From a virus (lineage: Duplodnaviria; Caudoviricetes), in the IMG/VR virus record IMGVR_UViG_3300046786_000537, positions 1-26,734 of that record: a DNA stretch of 26,734 nt; one strand, given 5' to 3'. Below are positions 25,677-26,734 of this stretch, piece after piece; the first letter of the stretch is position 1, and each line of letters opens with the position of its first letter. The notes under the pieces were generated by a model. It was not told the origin of the DNA and did no database searches. It worked only from the letters and a program-made list of their open reading frames with translations. A program made the translations under genes and the position numbers.

Positions 25677-26498
25677 ATGGAAGAAAAAGTAGAACAACAA
25701 GTTACAAGAGGTTTAGGAGCAACACCACCTCAACAATTTTCAGAAAGAAATTATCCTTTCCCAACTGAAACAATCTCATTACCATCAAAAGGATTAGTAT
25801 ATCCAGAATCAAACCCATTATCAAAAGGAGATGTTGTAGTTAAATTAATGACTGCAAAAGAAGAAGATATTTTAACTTCTACAAATCTAATTCGTAAAGG
25901 TATTGTATTGGATAAACTTTTAGAAGCAATTATAGTTGATACGTCAATCAATATAAATGATTTGGTAATTGGAGATAAAAATGCTATTTTAATTGCATCG
26001 AGAGTTTTGGCATTCGGACCAGAATACAATGTAACTGTAAATGACCCACAAGAAGGAGACCCTGTTCAAGTAACAGTTGATATATCTAAATTGAATATTA
26101 AAGAAATCGACCCAGAAAGATTAAATAGAAATAATGAATACGATTTTACATTACCTAAAACAGGTGCTAAAATCAAATTTAAAATTCTTACACATGGTGA
26201 TGAGATTGCAATTCAAAAAGATATTGAAGCTAGTGAAAAGATTTCAAAGCAAGGAAACGAAATTCAAGCAAGATATAGAAGAGTGATTACCGAAGTAAAT
26301 GGTAGTAGAGATTTTGGAACTATTAGTAATTTTATTACAAATCAGTTGTTAGCAGCAGATTCCAAAGCATTAAGAAAATATATAGGTGAAATATCTCCTG
26401 ATATTGATTTAACATTCGATTATACATCCCCTTTTACTGGTGAGACGGAGGCACTGAAAGTACCCATAGGGGTAGACTTTTTTTACCCTGCCGATTGA
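25677..26498 (+). CDS. Tail assembly chaperone / baseplate hub assembly protein (T4 gp26-like, 273 aa)
   Basis: LPSKG..YP, MTAKEEDIL, DLVIGDKNAILIASR and LPKTG..IKFK.LT motifs, plus its position after the tube gene. Confidence 0.7.
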   Translation: MEEKVEQQVTRGLGATPPQQFSERNYPFPTETISLPSKGLVYPESNPLSKGDVVVKLMTAKEEDILTSTNLIRKGIVLDKLLEAIIVDTSININDLVIGDKNAILIASRVLAFGPEYNVTVNDPQEGDPVQVTVDISKLNIKEIDPERLNRNNEYDFTLPKTGAKIKFKILTHGDEIAIQKDIEASEKISKQGNEIQARYRRVITEVNGSRDFGTISNFITNQLLAADSKALRKYIGEISPDIDLTFDYTSPFTGETEALKVPIGVDFFYPAD

Positions 26499-26709
26499 GT
26501 ATAGCTCGTATTTGCATAAAAAAATATTTAGTTTAATATATTCTTCACAAGGTGGGTTTACGTGGAACGACGTTTACTATATGCCCATTAAATTAAGAGA
26601 ATTTTATTGGAATGAATTGTTGAATGCAAAGCAAGCAGAAAGAGAAAGTTATGAAAGTGCACTAAACGGTGCTAATTCATCCACACCATCCAGAGCAAAA
26701 CGAAGGTAA
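26476..26709 (+). CDS. Small gp51-like/chaperone partner ORF, probably expressed as a frameshift extension of the upstream gene
   Basis: The +1 frame opens after TAG 26473-26475 and reads TFFTLPIEYSSYLHKKIFSLIYSSQGGFTWNDVYYMPIKLREFYW. The tracked start is a TTG (26512), and the first in-frame ATG (26581) lies inside the apparent domain. Confidence 0.6.
   Translation, partial: TFFTLPIEYSSYLHKKIFSLIYSSQGGFTWNDVYYMPIKLREFYWNELLNAKQAERESYESALNGANSSTPSRAKRR
26477..26486 (+). promoter_or_regulatory. Putative programmed ribosomal frameshift site (C TTT TTT TAC)
   Basis: Seven T's at 26478-26484, at the start of the 23-nt overlap between the two frames. Confidence 0.6.
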
Positions 26710-26722
26710 AACAATAATAATT

Positions 26723-26732
26723 TATATTTATA
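26723..26732 (+). promoter_or_regulatory. Putative late promoter motif TATATTTATA for the next gene outside the window
   Basis: Intergenic, after the stop at 26709. Confidence 0.5.
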
Positions 26733-26734
26733 GT

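Noticed and set aside
402-26029. Numerous minus-strand and alternate-frame ORFs in the track (e.g. 1738..2124, 19308..19751, 20594..20944)
   Set aside because: They lie almost wholly within long + strand genes with recognisable motifs, and read as antisense or frame shadows with no domain signatures.
22851-26709. Bacterial eCIS, tailocin or T6SS locus
   Set aside because: The T4-like sheath/tube/gp26-like order, the many phage-type fibres, the late-promoter-like motif and the absence of host genes favour a phage. Head genes are not in the window, so this is not formally excluded.
1-26734. Stop-codon reassignment (code 15 or 4) as in some large phages
   Set aside because: Genes are long and intact in the standard code. 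TAG (489, 17409, 22780) and TGA (26498) end genes at sensible boundaries, and reading through TGA 26498 hits TAG two codons later.
1-26734. CRISPR array, tRNA, rRNA or IS element
   Set aside because: There is no repeat-spacer structure, intergenic gaps are short (up to about 100 nt) and explained by promoters or terminators, and no transposase or integrase motifs were seen.

Overview
AT-rich window in which every credible gene is on the + strand. It is best read as the tail/structural module of a large contractile-tailed (myovirus-like, T4-superfamily-like) dsDNA phage. The host is probably Bacteroidota, inferred from A-rich starts mostly lacking a Shine-Dalgarno. About 22 kb encodes an unusually large set of Ser/Thr-rich fibre and adhesin proteins: heptad coiled coils, T4-gp37-like/Mtd-like N-terminal docking domains, and LamG, fibrinogen-like, beta-solenoid and peptidase S74 chaperone domains. 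A GT-B glycosyltransferase and a Hint (intein-like) domain adhesin sit inside this cluster. They are followed by tail sheath, tail tube and a tail-assembly/baseplate-hub gene pair. Most notable: (1) a candidate head-to-tail 'plug-and-socket' fibre chain; (2) a pervasive, surface-phased [S/T]-[G/A]-S motif next to a phage glycosyltransferase, a candidate virion O-glycosylation system; (3) a likely programmed +1/-2 frameshift at a T7 run in the tail-chaperone position; (4) a Hint domain lacking the +1 nucleophile that separates an N-terminal anchor from a LamG head; (5) a recurrent intergenic ATATTTATA putative late promoter whose core is the reverse complement of the T4 late promoter. All calls come from reading motifs by eye; no database searches were run.
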